Shown: piece by piece, positions 47,856-60,815 of the stretch
Layout: every line of letters begins with the position of its first letter
Position numbering within the stretch: position 1 is the first letter of the stretch
Origin: the human T2T-CHM13v2.0 reference genome, Homo sapiens
Strand: one strand, 5' to 3'
DNA length: 64,000 nucleotides
Assembly: GCF_009914755.1 (NCBI RefSeq)
Contig: NC_060945.1
Program-made: the position numbers and the translations under genes
Notes under the pieces: generated by a model
Databases searched by the model: none
Seen by the model: the letters and a program-made list of their open reading frames with translations, nothing else
Told to the model about the DNA's origin: nothing

Positions 47856-49944
47856 CAGAGATGCCAGGATACTAGCAAAACTATATTACATATAATAAAT
47901 CTAATTCTTCATCATTCTGTTTGTCTGAAGGCCTGGCTCTTCTTTTAGCAATAATTTTAAACTAGAATGTGCTCTGGGGTTAAAACCAGGAGAAATGGTA
48001 ATGAAACACAATGCAGTAGGAAGCTTTGCTGAGAAGACACCGAGGGACGTGTGTGGGTGAGTGTCTGCACATACGTGTACCTTGGCTCCTTGCACTGTAA
48101 CAGAAGCTCGCGTGTATTTCCAGAACATTGCAGAACAAATTGACTGCTTTAAAACACGATACTGCACCTCATCAGGTGAGGTCATTCATTTAAGGGTTTA
48201 ACCTATGAAGGGCCTGGTCACTGACTTCTTCTTTTTTTTTTTTTTTTTTTCAAAAATACTGCCTGCAGCCTGTCTAGCAACCATACTTTTATTAAGAAAT
48301 AACTGTACTTCTGATACATCAATAAGAAAAATATTGTTGTCTACTGTTAAAATGCAGATGTATTGTGGGCTTATTTTAATAGCCCCAAATATTAAACTAC
48401 ATAATCTTTTACAAATGAAAAAAAAAAGTTATCATGTCAGGCATTTTGATGCTTGAGGCCTAGCAATAATCAGTTTAGGTATTAGAATTCATCAATCTTT
48501 TATCACACACATTCAGAAATTTTTCAAAGTTGAGGTATAACAAAATATGACAGTTGTTGACAAAAATATTCTCAATTTTTTAAAGTTTAATTCAGATAGG
48601 TAGAAACCATTTACTCTTATATTTTTGAAATATGGTCTTACAAACAGGCATAGTTCCAAACTGGATTCTTATTTTATTTCAACATGTCTATATATTTTAT
48701 GATCCTTTCCCCAGTATGTAATGAACACCATACCTTAGAAAACTGTTTAAAGCTGATTTCCCCTCCCCCCTTCAAAGATCCTAAAGCTTTACAGCAGGCT
48801 TTTAATGTTTTCATCCTTGATCATATAAAGAGAGGGGCATTTTTATACAAGACAGTTCCATAGCCTTCTGCTAGATTGGATCAGAATACGTAATACAGCA
48901 ATGTAAAATATTCATTTGTGTTTGCTGTTTATGTCTAATATTGTGGAATCTACCTATATTTATTACAATAATGGTGATTATCAGTTGATTTTAAAAGTCT
49001 TGAAAATAATACTTGCAGAACTCACTATATGAGTACCTACATAATTTTTGCATATATTTTTCATATTGCAGAATATTTGAGGTTTCATATAATTGTATTA
49101 CCATATATAATTATTTCTATGATTGTTTATTTTAGTTATAAAATGCTGATTCAGAAAAAAAGTCACACACACATATAGCATCTCTGTATCAGAGGCTAAT
49201 AGTCTGTATCAGTATCATAAATTCTTCCATACCATTTTGTCATACAAAATGCTAAAACTGTAAATAAATACTGGCTGACTGACAACCAGCACAGCCTCTT
49301 TCATCATCCTGAAACACACACTTCCCAATGGGGTGCAAATTTTGTTTCTTCTTATAACCCAGGCCTTTCCAAGGAGTTCAGAAAGGTACTCCCTGACAGG
49401 CGAAACAGGGTGTCAAGGCTCTGTGTCTTTGGAACACATGTGTAGGCATCTCTACATTTCTTAGGAGGTCGCATTAGCAGAAGAGCAGAAAGGGCTGACT
49501 TCCCCGACACATCTCCGCATGTTCCCTAAGCACATCTGTCCCTGAAGGGAAATTCCCAGGAGGACACAGGACAGGTATGGTGCCCTCTGGGAAAGATGGG
49601 TGTCTTGTCAGAACTTGTTGCAATTCTTTCCTGCTAGGAAATCTCAAAATGAAAGTTTCAAACACTTTGCTTTAGGTTATACTGGAGAGCAAAGTATCAT
49701 TTTCATGTTCATTTTGATAGTACCTTCTTTCAACTCTACCTTTTCTTAGTCACCGTTTTTTTAAAAAATTGACAATGCTCATGCATTTCTTCTGGCCTGT
49801 TGGTATGCTGATTCTTTAGGCACTGTCTAGGTAGGCAAAGAAAATGCACTGCCTTGCAGCCAACACACAGAGCTTCCCTGTGTGTCTTCCAGGAAAATCT
49901 TAGAGCCTCCCCTTTGCTTCTCGTATTTTCTCACAAGGGCCAGA

Positions 49945-49981
49945 TTTCCTCTCTTCTCTTCTTTTACCTTCTCTTCTTCTC

Positions 49982-50013
<32 letters not shown>

Positions 50014-50070
50014 GTGTCTGTCTCGCTCTCTCTCCCTCCTCTCTTTCTCTCTCTCTCTCTCCTCTCTTCT
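49945..50070. repeat. (CT)n-rich polypyrimidine tract
   Basis: Direct reading. Confidence 0.92.
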
Positions 50071-51055
50071 GGCTAGGGGATTCTGCTTAATGGTTTAATT
50101 TCAACTGTCAGTAGGTTATACATTTTATGCAGATGTGTGTTCCAAAATTTGAAATGGGAATTTAAGCCGTAGCTACTCCCAGGCGATGTCAAATGATGAC
50201 AATTTCCTCTGGTTCCCACAAGAGAGGAAGCCATTCATACATGTAAGTTCATATTTATGCGGTGACAGGCAGCCTAAGGTGCAGTCACACTTACTAATTG
50301 GGTCTGACTCAGTCAAGAGCAATAGCTTTCTAAATACCCAGGAAGAAATCATTTCAAAATATAATATTGGCTGGGCATGAGGAAATGTATGCTATTTACA
50401 ATATTCACTGATTTCATTTTTACAACTATACAGGTGTTTTTTTTTTTTTAATTTGTCAACATTTCAGATGATGTAATGCTTATCAGTGCATATTTTTACA
50501 TAAACGACTGTGAGGAGCATGAAGCAGCACGGGGTGCATAGAAGGACAGAACATTCTTAAAGCCCTCCTTGGTGCTGGAGATACATTGTACTAGCATGAA
50601 ATTACGTGTTTGAAAAATCTCAAAAAGCATTGAATCTGAAGGGAGATGTTCCTCATTGACCCCTCCACTTGCGTGCACTTGGAATGTCACATCCCTTTCC
50701 AGGTTGTAATATTCAAAGTGGCAATCTTCCTGTCTCTCCTTCTGTCACCAAACCTGGTTTATTCTGAATGAGGCAGCTCTCTAGTACTGGAGTTAGGCTC
50801 TGAGCTGTCACTTGGCTAGGTAAGCGCCTTCCAATGATTACAGAGCAATTTCTCCCGGGCCTCTCCATTGCCACCTCTTCTCCCCCAAAAAATAAATATG
50901 ATATTTAAAAAATAAATAAAAGCACGAAATTTTAAACACAGATGAAGCGGAAAAAGAAAGAAGACTTTACCCATGCATCCAATGCCACCCCCCACCCCCC
51001 CGCCCCCCCGGTCAATGATAAGGAAACGAAATTCATCACAAACCGAAAGGCTCAC

Positions 51056-51098
51056 CATTCGCGAAGCTCTGGAACAAGGAGAGAGCCAGTATCCACAT
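51056..51098 (-). CDS. DSCAM: DSCAM (Down syndrome cell adhesion molecule) coding exon 1, signal peptide N-terminus
   Basis: Minus strand reads ATG TGG ATA CTG GCT CTC TCC TTG TTC CAG AGC TTC GCG AAT G|gtgag = [14 protein letters not shown] + phase-1 donor. This matches the recognised human DSCAM N-terminus ([20 protein letters not shown]...). It lies in a CpG island. Confidence 0.97.
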
Positions 51099-51590
51099 GC
51101 CCCTGCCGCTCCCCGGCCTCCCGCGAGCGACGCGCCGGCCTCGCCCCCCGCGCTCCGCCCGGCCCGGCTCCGCTCGCCGCTCGGCACCTGCCCGGGGGCC
51201 GCCGCCCGCCCGCCGCCCGCCGCCGCCGCCGCCGCTGCCTAGCCGCCCGGGCACGCGGCGCGGCCGGGCTCCGGAGCGAGGGCTGCGCTCGCCGCGCGCT
51301 GCGCTCCTGCACACCTGCTCCCGGGCGCCGCGCCCCACGCTGCGGCCGGAGCCCAGGTGCGCCGTCAGCTCAGTGGGCCCCCGGCAGGTCGGCAGGTGGA
51401 GAGAGCCGCAGACGCGGGCGTGAGCTCATCCCGGGCACTCGGCGCCCAGAATGCGCAGCCAGCGGCCTCCCGTGCGCCAGCCCTCACCCTCCGCATCCAG
51501 GCAGCAGGCGGGCGGGCAGGCTCATCTTTGCCGTGCTCCGGCCTCAGTCACATGGATCCCTCTGCCAACCTTCCCTGCCTGCGAGCCGGG
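51099..51590 (-). other. DSCAM: DSCAM exon 1 5' UTR (upstream boundary/TSS approximate)
   Basis: Very GC-rich sequence contiguous with the ATG, with no obvious acceptor. The TSS is not visible in the sequence; a ~450-500 nt leader is from recollection. Confidence 0.7.
51198..51239 (-). repeat. Imperfect (CGG)n/(GGC)n tract in DSCAM 5' UTR
   Basis: Plus strand gccgcccgcccgccgcccgccgccgccgccgccgctgcc; pure (CGC)6 at 51218-51235. Confidence 0.9.
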
Positions 51591-53075
51591 CGAGTGAAGC
51601 CGAGCGCGGAGGCGAGCAGGGACCCCTCCCCTGCCTCTGGCCGCTGGGGCGCTCTGCAGTCTTAAAGCAGCAGCAGAGACGTGCAGCCGAACTGAGGCAG
51701 GACCGGGGAGAGCGCAGCCACCGCACAGTCACGCACAGTCATCAGGAGGAATTTCTTAGAGGCTTAAATAATCATTTCAACAGCTGCTTATTTTTAGTTA
51801 TTTTCCTGCCGGTTGCTAATAAGGGATGGCCGGGGTGACTATTGCGGAAGGTGGCCAGCCACGGAGAGGTGAACATGAAATGCTCGTAGTTTTAATAAAA
51901 TGTGCAGCTGGATTCCGATTCCGTATTTACTCTCAGAAAAGTCCAGTTCATTTGCTTAGAGGGAAATGCTCCTTCCAAATCCTTGCTGCTACTGTAAAGA
52001 TCTCTATGATTTCACGGGCTAATTTTTAATTATCTTGAATACATGGTAGAATGCAAACACAAGCACTTCTAATTTTGCTCTCTGAATGGCGCATAAAAAA
52101 GCTGATTGAAATTGCTGATAATTTGAGTAATCCCAAACATATAGCCCCTTTCACGTTTCTGTGAAAAGTCAATATGTTAACATTTCCTGAATGTTCTGTA
52201 TGATTCTTGAAGTCATGATAATATTTAAATTAAAGCTCTCACAAGGGCGTACATCTATCCATCACTTTGCAATATAATGACCGACAGGGCTGGAATGCAC
52301 CCCAGTGTAGAAGCCAGGATGGAATGCTCACAGTCAGGACAATCAGGACTGAAAAAAAGCATTCGGTGGGGGTCAAGGGAGACATTTTCAAGGGAAATTG
52401 AGTAGGCTTTTTCCTAGGCACTAGGTATCCTAACTGGGCTCCATGTCCCCCTCCAAATACAGAAGAATGATGCACATCTCAGACAGCTCACAAAACACAG
52501 GAGAAGCAAATGGTGAGGCAGAAACAAAATGGTGCTTTACCAGGGTTGGGCACAAGATGGCCAGGCCCTGTGTACCAGGAAGGGTCAGCTGAGCCGGTGA
52601 TGCTGCCTGGCTCACCACGGCTCTGCAGCTGCAGGTGATCACGTGCTGCCGCCCACTCAGGCTGCGCAGGCCCAGCCCCCAGTACCACGCACCAGAACCA
52701 GCATCCTCTGGCTTTGCAAATGCTGGGTGCTCAGTCCCTGGTCCTTCCCAAATGCAACCCAGGAAGGCAGGGGATGGGCCTGATTCTGTCCCTGCATCTG
52801 GCTGGTTGACCTATTCATTAATTCTTACTTGCACACTAGCCACCTGCAAGGGTGCCCAGGCACTGGGGTCAGGGAAACCCAGGGTCGAATTGCAGCTCCT
52901 CCACTACCCCGATGTGGGGCTTCTGCATGTGACTCGAGCCTCAATTTCCTCATATGCAGACTGGAAATTATCACAGTTCTTAACTCACAGAGGTGTGAAG
53001 ATCTTTCCATCCGTTGACAGCACATGGTCACTGTAGTTAGCGATGGCTGTGGTTAACTGTTACTGAGTTTGGGAG

Positions 53076-53990
53076 CAGGGCTGGAAACATGATTTGTGGG
53101 GTCCACTATAAAATGAAAATGGAGAGCTCCTTTCTCAAAATGAAAAAGAAGCACCATAACAAGTGCTAAAACAGAACACTTCCTCCTTTCTTCCTGCCTC
53201 TCTCAACCAGTCATGGTGTTTTCTGCTACATGCTGCTCTTCCTTGGGCGTGGGAATGCAGCCCTGTACAGACCCCACAGACCTTCCAGGTGACTCAGTGC
53301 AGTACAAGAGGCTTCCACTTGCCAGTTGCTTCCCTGCCCTTGGCTGCACCCACATGCTGTGGCCAGCCACAGTTAGGGGGTGGGGAAGCCACTGTCTCTC
53401 TCCCACAGCCCACTGTCCCAATGTACAGTGGACAGGAGATCCCTCAGGGATTGCAACCTCCATGCTGGGAAGCTCTGGGTATCTGGATTGGAGGTGGGCA
53501 CAAGCCTCTGGCCACTTGTGGAATGTGCCCTGGCACTGCCAGCCTGCTGAGGGGATGGTCACTGCGAGGCCTTTCTCTGAACTCCTGCACAGTGCTTGTC
53601 CTGCACACATGCCCATACACTCACCAGAGATGGCAGGTGGTGGCAGAACACAGGCTTGCTGTTCCAAAATGATGCAGTTGCCACCCTGTTGGGAAGCAGC
53701 AACAATTGCAGGGGCAGAGGCTGCTCAAGAGCTGGGGGAACATGGGGTTGGGAAGTGGACAGCCAAGAACCTCTCCCAAAGGAGAGGTGGCAGGTGGCAG
53801 GTAGCAGGATGGTACAGAAGCCAAGGCTCCAAGCCCTCTTCATGCTCCATTGTCCCATTGGATTTAGAAAAGGTAAAACAGAGGTGATATCATTAAACAT
53901 TTCAAGATGGTGACTACAGAGAATTCAACCCCAAGTGCAGGCCCTTCTTTGCCTGGGACCAGATGGGACCCCGTGTGAGTGCACCTCTCC
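53076..53990 (-). mobile_element. MER45B/C-like hAT-Tip100 DNA transposon
   Basis: Ends match MER45 termini: cagggctggaaacatgatttgtggggtccactataaaatgaaaatg ... tttcaagatggtgactacagag...ggcccttct. Confidence 0.8.
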
Positions 53991-54949
53991 GTGGTTGTCT
54001 ATTAATGCATCTGCCACAGGGTGAATGGGTGAAGGACCTTGAATGGGCCTAACACATGCACCAGTGTCTTTTCAAATGTATTTACGTAATAGACTTCAGT
54101 AAGAAACATACTTATTTCTCACTAAACTGTGAGTTCCATGAGACCAGACACTCTTTCCTGTTCAGGAAGGTATCCTCACGGCCTGGCCCAAGTACATGCT
54201 CGGTAAGTATTTGTGGGCTGGAATGGAGATCTCTAATGCAGGTAGAAGGCGGAGCCTGTCCTCAGATATGCACACATGTGTACACATAAAGCGCCATGGT
54301 AATTTAGGAGGGAAAGTGAGTACTGTACTTCATATAGAAGTCTCAGAGGAAATGGCAAGAACGTTGAGCTTTCAAATTCAGTTAAGATGTCAACATGCAA
54401 AACTGAGTCAAGGACAGGGGATTCTGCCCTGAGAGTATAAACATCTGGAAAAGTTAACTTTATAAAATACCTTAGGTTTCCAGTGATTCCTCCTTTTGTA
54501 TTCCTAATCAGTGTAGCCTCTGGAAGATCAACCTTTGACCTGAAACAATTCCATCCAGACTTTTCCCTTCCCCAGTTCTGTCTTCCTGCAGCTCTGGGTC
54601 AGCCATCCTAGGGGAAGAAAGGTAAAGTCAAAGAGGCCACCTTGGTGCTCACTTGACTGATGCTAAATAAGGAACAATGCACATTTGAGGAGTTACATCA
54701 TCCAGGTTACATCATCCAAGTATAGCATCTGTTACTCCTCTGTTTTCTGTTGGAGAACCAGGAAGAGCATATATGAAGCAATGGCCTTTGAGCCTTGTGC
54801 TAAAGGAAGGGTTGGGGGTTGAATGTTGCCAGGGATGAGCAAGGAGGGCATTTTAGGCAGTAAGGTCTCCACCGTGGGAAGCCTCAGTCCTGCTGGACCT
54901 GTGGGGTTCATTCTGATCAAGGCAATAAGGAGTTTCCCATGGGGGACCT

Positions 54950-55420
54950 GCATTAGTTGCCTAGGGCTGCTGAAACAAACGTCCCCAAACTGGGTGACTT
55001 AAAACAACAGGAACCTATTGTCTTAGAATTTGGAATGCTAAAAGTCCAAAACCAAGGTGTTGGTAGGAACCTCCTCTTCTGCAACCTGCAGGAGAGCTTC
55101 CCCTTTTCTCATCCAGCCTCTAGTGGTTGCTGCCATCCTTGGCACTCTTTGACTTGCAGCTGCATCTTTCTGATCTCACCTTCTGTCTTCACATGGCTTT
55201 CTTTATCCCTGCAAGTGTCTGGGCGTCTCTACTCTTCTTACAAGAATGGTGGTTATGTTAGAATAGAGACTCACCCTACTCCAGTATGATCTCATTTCAA
55301 CTTATTACATTTGCAACCTTTGATGTCCCTACTTTCAAATAGGGTCCCACTCTGAGGCACTGTGGGTTAGGATTGCACCCTATCTTTTGGAGAGAAGGGA
55401 ATACAGTTAAACCCCAACAG
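54950..55420 (-). mobile_element. MLT1B/C-like LTR
   Basis: cattagttgcctagggctgctg...caaactgggtgacttaaaacaacag...ctgaggcactgtgggttagga...accccaaca. Confidence 0.8.
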
Positions 55421-56274
55421 GATCAAGATGCCTGAAGTCAAATGGCAAGGGGCAGAGAAGGGTTTCTGTAGATTTGGGTGAGGACACCAGCATCTTGCTT
55501 TATAACTCTCTTGAGCCGTGTGCATCAGGGACCATCATGGTGCTTCCCTGTGCAGAGAAGGAGCTCAGACTTTACTTGGAGTCTCAGTTTCTTCTCGTGG
55601 AAAATTGAGTAATCATACCCACCCTTCCGATCTTAGAAGATTGTTGAGAGGATTCAATGAGATATGGGAGTTGGCTCTGAGAAGGTTACACAGATAACCA
55701 CTACATGATGTCATAACAGCCTACAACTGAACCTATAGAAACATTTTGAGGAAACACATTACTTGGCAAAGCCTCACTCTGGCTATAGGGTGTTTTGATT
55801 CATTGAAACCAGACACTGCCACACCTCTGGTCTCAGAACTGCAAACGGCAGAGATGATCAAGAATGTCAGCAGCGACCCACCCATTTCTTCCTCCAATGA
55901 ACTGATTGAGTCCTTCAACAAATATTTGGCATAAGTCTGTTATCTACAAGTTGTTATAGTAGTCCCTGTGGGGGCTAAAGATGGATGAGGATGAACCGGG
56001 TTGGGCACCGGGGAGCCTCTGGGCTGCTTGAAATGTTCTCCGTCTGGGTGTGGGTAAACACCACACAGGAAAATACACATGGAAAATTTGCCACGCTGTA
56101 CACTTAAGCCTTATGTACTTTACATGCCTTACTGTGTGGAAAAAAAGAAAAAAAAAAAGACCAAAACACAGTATCTACTAACCTCAATCAAGTGGGAAAT
56201 TCAAATAATAGTGACAACAATTTGATAAGATAAATTATATAATCGGGAGTTGACACATCTAATTCAACTAGCTG

Positions 56275-56515
56275 GTGTGGTGTGTGTGTGCCTGTGTGTG
56301 TGCTGTACATGTGTGTCTTTCTGAGTTTGGTGTGTGTTTGTGTGTGTGGTATCTGTGTTTGTGACTGTGTGTGTTTCTCTGTGAAAGTGTGTTTGTGTTT
56401 ATGTGTTTCTGTGGTGTGTGTTTGTATTTTAGTGTGTGTGTGTATTTTGTGTGTTTGCATATGTGGTGTGTGTTTATGTGCATTGTTTTGGGTGGGTGGG
56501 TATGTGTGTGTGTGG
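56275..56515. repeat. Degenerate (TG)n low-complexity tract
   Basis: Direct reading. Confidence 0.9.
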
Positions 56516-57399
56516 TGGAAGCAGGTGTGGCAGAGACAGTGGGCAGGGAAGGCTTCCCTGCAGATACCGGAGCTGAGTCCTGAACACTCTGTTAGCTTCA
56601 GCCTTGTACACGAAGGAACAGTTGCCCCACGGCAGAGAGAGCTGAATGTACAGAGACAGACTGGCAGGACACAGCACAGTCATGGAAGGCCCCTTGCAAG
56701 GAGGAGTTGGGGTCCATCCTGAAGGCGAAAGGAAACCACTGATGTATGGTCAATAGGGAAGTGACACAATGAGGGGTATGCCTTGGAAACATTCCCTTCT
56801 GGGGACACACTGGATAATGGCCTGAGGAATGTGAGAAGGATGCAGGGAGAACTTTCTAGGAAATGAGGAAGACCTGACCAGTGCAGTAGGACTGGGATGA
56901 AGCCACTTGCCGCAGATAATAGTGAAAGACATTTAAAAGGTGAGATGATCAGGAGTTGGAAATACTTTAATAGTACTTTAAATAACAGTTGCATCATTCT
57001 CAGTACATGAGGCCTTTAGCTCGTCACTGACACTCATTCAACATCTGTATGTTCAGTTTTAGGCAACGTGCTGTCTGTGCTCACAAAATCAATTCTTTTC
57101 TGGGAGGTGAGCACTGCTTCTCTCCTCCCTGCCCTCCAGATGCGGAAGCCTTGGCTCAGAGCGGTCCAGAACCCTGCACTATATTACCCAGCCAGTTGGG
57201 GGCAGAGCTTGGTCTGAACCCAAGCACAACACCCAGAGGTCCAGTAATGATCAGTCCCCTTCTGAAGAGGGAAGAGTTGGGGCATGTGGGGAGGGACGGG
57301 GAGGATGGCAAGATGACTCCTACAGATCCATGGTGGATGCTTGTGTGGACAGAGGAGCCTCTGACCAAGAACAGGAACCCCATCATCTCCCATGGGCTT

Positions 57400-57473
57400 T
57401 TACATTTCTCCCCACTTCTACTCTCTCACACACAGCCTGGTCTCTGTAAAGCAGCCACCTTGATCCTGCAATG

Positions 57474-57519
<46 letters not shown>

Positions 57520-58030
57520 ATCATTGGAAGCCCTGATCAAACTCTCCATTGCCTCCCTGTATCATGCAAGGTGAAATCCGAAGTCCTCACCATGGCCATG
57601 AGCCCTGTGTTCTCCAGCACCAGCTCCTGTAGGGTAGATCCCCTGCCCCTGCCACCTTCCTGCTCACACACCCAGCGCTGGCTTCCTGCATTTTGTGCAG
57701 GCACACTCAGCACAAGCGCACACTCTTCCCTCAGGCACCCCAGGGGCCACCCTCCCACTGCCATCACTGCTTATGCAGACACCTTCTCTTCGGAGAGCCT
57801 TTCCCTGACAAACCCCCACACCAATAGCATTCTCCACCCTACCAGTGTGTATCCGCTGAGCTTTATTTTCACTATATTGATTTATAAATGTATGTAATTA
57901 TCTACGGGCTTATCTTCTTAGATGAAAGCTGAGATTTTGTCTTTCTGTTCACTTCTGCACTCACCACACCTAGAATAATGCTTAGCGTATAGTAAATGCT
58001 CAATGAATATCTGCTGAATTATGAAAGAGA
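57400..58030 (+). mobile_element. L2 3' end with embedded (CA)n (57474-57516)
   Basis: aatccgaagtcctcaccatggcc...gagcctttccctgac...cacctagaataatgcttagcgtatagtaaatgctcaatgaatatctgctgaat. Confidence 0.75.
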
Positions 58031-58984
58031 CTAGATCAAAAAAAAAAAAAAAGTGTTGCATGAGGCAAGGCACAGAGACCCTTAGTGACATCTCCTGCAT
58101 TTCACACCTTGGGAGACATAGAATTGTGATAGAAAAAAAAAAAAAACCCAGATGGAAGGGAATTTAAAAAAAAAACACTTCTTAGATGTCAAATCAGCTT
58201 ATCAACTTGCATACACATTTCATCAAAATAAATATTTCTTTACTCCGCACTGGGCAGGTGGCTTGCTCATAGGCACTCTAACAAGTTATTTTTTTAAATG
58301 AAGACAGGTACTGAGTCTAGGGATTTGAATTATAAGAGAAGGTCAAGGCGGGGTTTGTATCAAATAGGTTTTAGAAGCAGAGAAGACTTCAAACCGAAAC
58401 ATAAGCCTGTGTGGAGAGCGCTGATCATGACAGCCCATTGGGATTCAGTTGAGGGGAAGGACGACGCTGAGGGAAGAGGCTGGGGGGAGAGCTGCAGATG
58501 GGGGTGCGGGCCTGGATCTGCCTGAGGGACCCGAGCCCCCACCAGCCCCGGGACTCTCGTGGAGGGGTGCAGCGGCCCCCTCTTGAAAGAACGGTGTTCA
58601 TACAGAGTTCCTGGAGGCGCCAGGCGTGCCAGGCAGCTGTCCCTGGGGCCTCCTTACAGGAGGGGCCTCCAGATGAGATGAGCGGAGAAATCCTGGTTTT
58701 AGCACGGGGCTTTCAATGTCTGGGGAATGATCCAGCGTGGCCCCAAGGGCAGCAGAATGAGGAAGCAGCTCAGGGATCCTTGTATGACCCCGTAGCCCCA
58801 GCCACAGCTCAGCTCTGTGGCTTCGTGGGCAGCTTTTCAGACACCAGGGAAGACAGTCTTGATGAAACGCCCCAGGGTCTCTAAAGGAGCTCCGTCCTCA
58901 CTGGGGAGGTGCTAAACAGAGAGGGGCAGGGGTCCCAAAACACTACGTGGAGAAAGGCGAGGGGCCAGCCTTGTGTTCCCTGCA

Positions 58985-59260
58985 GGAGTGATGTGGTTCT
59001 GGAGCCCAGTGGTTAAGACCTGGGTTGGGGTCAGACTCCGTCAGGGCTGCTGAGCCTGAGCCAGAGCGAGGTGACCCGTGCACGTGGCTTTACCTCTGGC
59101 CTCTAAAGACTGGTCTGTTAACCCTACCTATGCCACAGAGCTGCTATGACAATCACATGACTTAAAACCTGCCAAGCGCCTAGAGCAGGGCCCAGCACGC
59201 AGAGCAAAAGATCCCATAAATGTAAGTATTTACTATTGTTATTGATGCTACAGCTTTGCT
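58985..59260 (+). mobile_element. MIR
   Basis: cagtggttaagacctggg...ctgtt...gcgcctagagcagggcccagcacgcag...taaatgtaagtatt. Confidence 0.6.
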
Positions 59261-59586
59261 GTGTTTAGTGAGGTTCTATGCCTTGACGCAAGAGCAGAAG
59301 AAAGGGAACAGTGTCAAACACAGATCAAGAATGAGGAAAAGACGGGAAGGAAGGCGATGTAGAAAGCAGAAGTTGGAAAGAAATAAACAAGAAAACTATA
59401 CAGACATTTCCTTGTCATTTACATAAACCAAATTTTAGTGGCTTGAGAGAAGTCTAAGAAATTGGGGATGAGATAAAATTGGACGCTTACTTCATTTCAG
59501 ACACGTTAAAAATGCTAATTAAAAAAAACTATACAAGAAAAATACTTGAGTCATAAGCAAAATGTAAGACCAAGCAATTCAGATAG

Positions 59587-59937
<351 letters not shown>

Positions 59938-60776
59938 CAGGATACATCTTTAAACATGACATAAGCCCAGAAGCTATAAAATAAAAGACAAATAACTGCA
60001 ATATTCTTTTAATGGCAAACTTCTGACCAAAACAAAGCCAGAAGACAAGTAATGGGTGGACTAAGGGGCACACTCACCACCTGCAAGATAGAGGACTAAT
60101 ATCAATATAAGGTTGAACATTTAACAATTGATAACAAAAAGCAATTAATAGGCCTAGGACTTGAATATGATAGTTTAGAGGAAAAGAAAACAAAACAGCC
60201 AATAAACCTGAGCAGAAGCTGAACCACATTAATAGGCAGGGAAATGTACATTTAAATAACAATTGCATATTTCTTCTCATCCTCCACATGGAAAAGAACT
60301 AAATGACAAGGAAACTAATGTTGGTGGGACACAGGGGGAAAGGATACTTGTGGACATTGTTGGTGGCAATTTGATACTTTTGTAGCTGTTTTTAATTTTA
60401 ATGGATTCTGGCAATATCTATTTACAAACAAAACAAAAATCACCTACACTTCAACTTTGCAGTCTTAGTCTTAGGCATCTGTTCCATTGAGATAAAACAT
60501 CAGCAGAACCTAAAGCTGTATGGGCAGTGCTATCTGCTGCTGAATAGTTTGCTGAAACAAGAGAAAGAAGAGAGACAGAGAAGAAGAAAAGGAAAGGAAA
60601 GGAAGAAGGGAGGAAGCCATCCAAATGCCTATCCTCGAGGGATGTTGAATTAAATATAGTCATAAAAAATCAGGGATGTGTAGACATTTCCACCACATTT
60701 AATTAAGCGAAAAAAGCAAGATACAGAAGAACACATGAAATATCTCACTTTCGTAAAATACACGTGTGTGTGTGTA

Positions 60777-60815
<39 letters not shown>

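Larger units (their letters stand above)
50980..51870. promoter_or_regulatory. CpG island / TATA-less promoter of DSCAM
   Basis: Very dense CpG and GC content across exon 1, with GC-box-like CCGCCC motifs. Confidence 0.92.

Noticed and set aside
50942-51838. 298-aa plus-strand ATG ORF antisense across exon 1
   Set aside because: Low-complexity R/P/A/G sequence expected from stop-poor CpG-island DNA; no recognisable domain.
53163-53913. Cluster of 100-224 aa overlapping ORFs
   Set aside because: They lie inside the MER45-like non-autonomous element, with no transposase motifs.
56188-56722. HT/CV-rich ORFs
   Set aside because: Translations of a degenerate TG repeat.
57049-57897. 282-aa ORF
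   Set aside because: Runs through a (CA)n repeat (HTHTHT) and an L2 remnant; no homology recognised.
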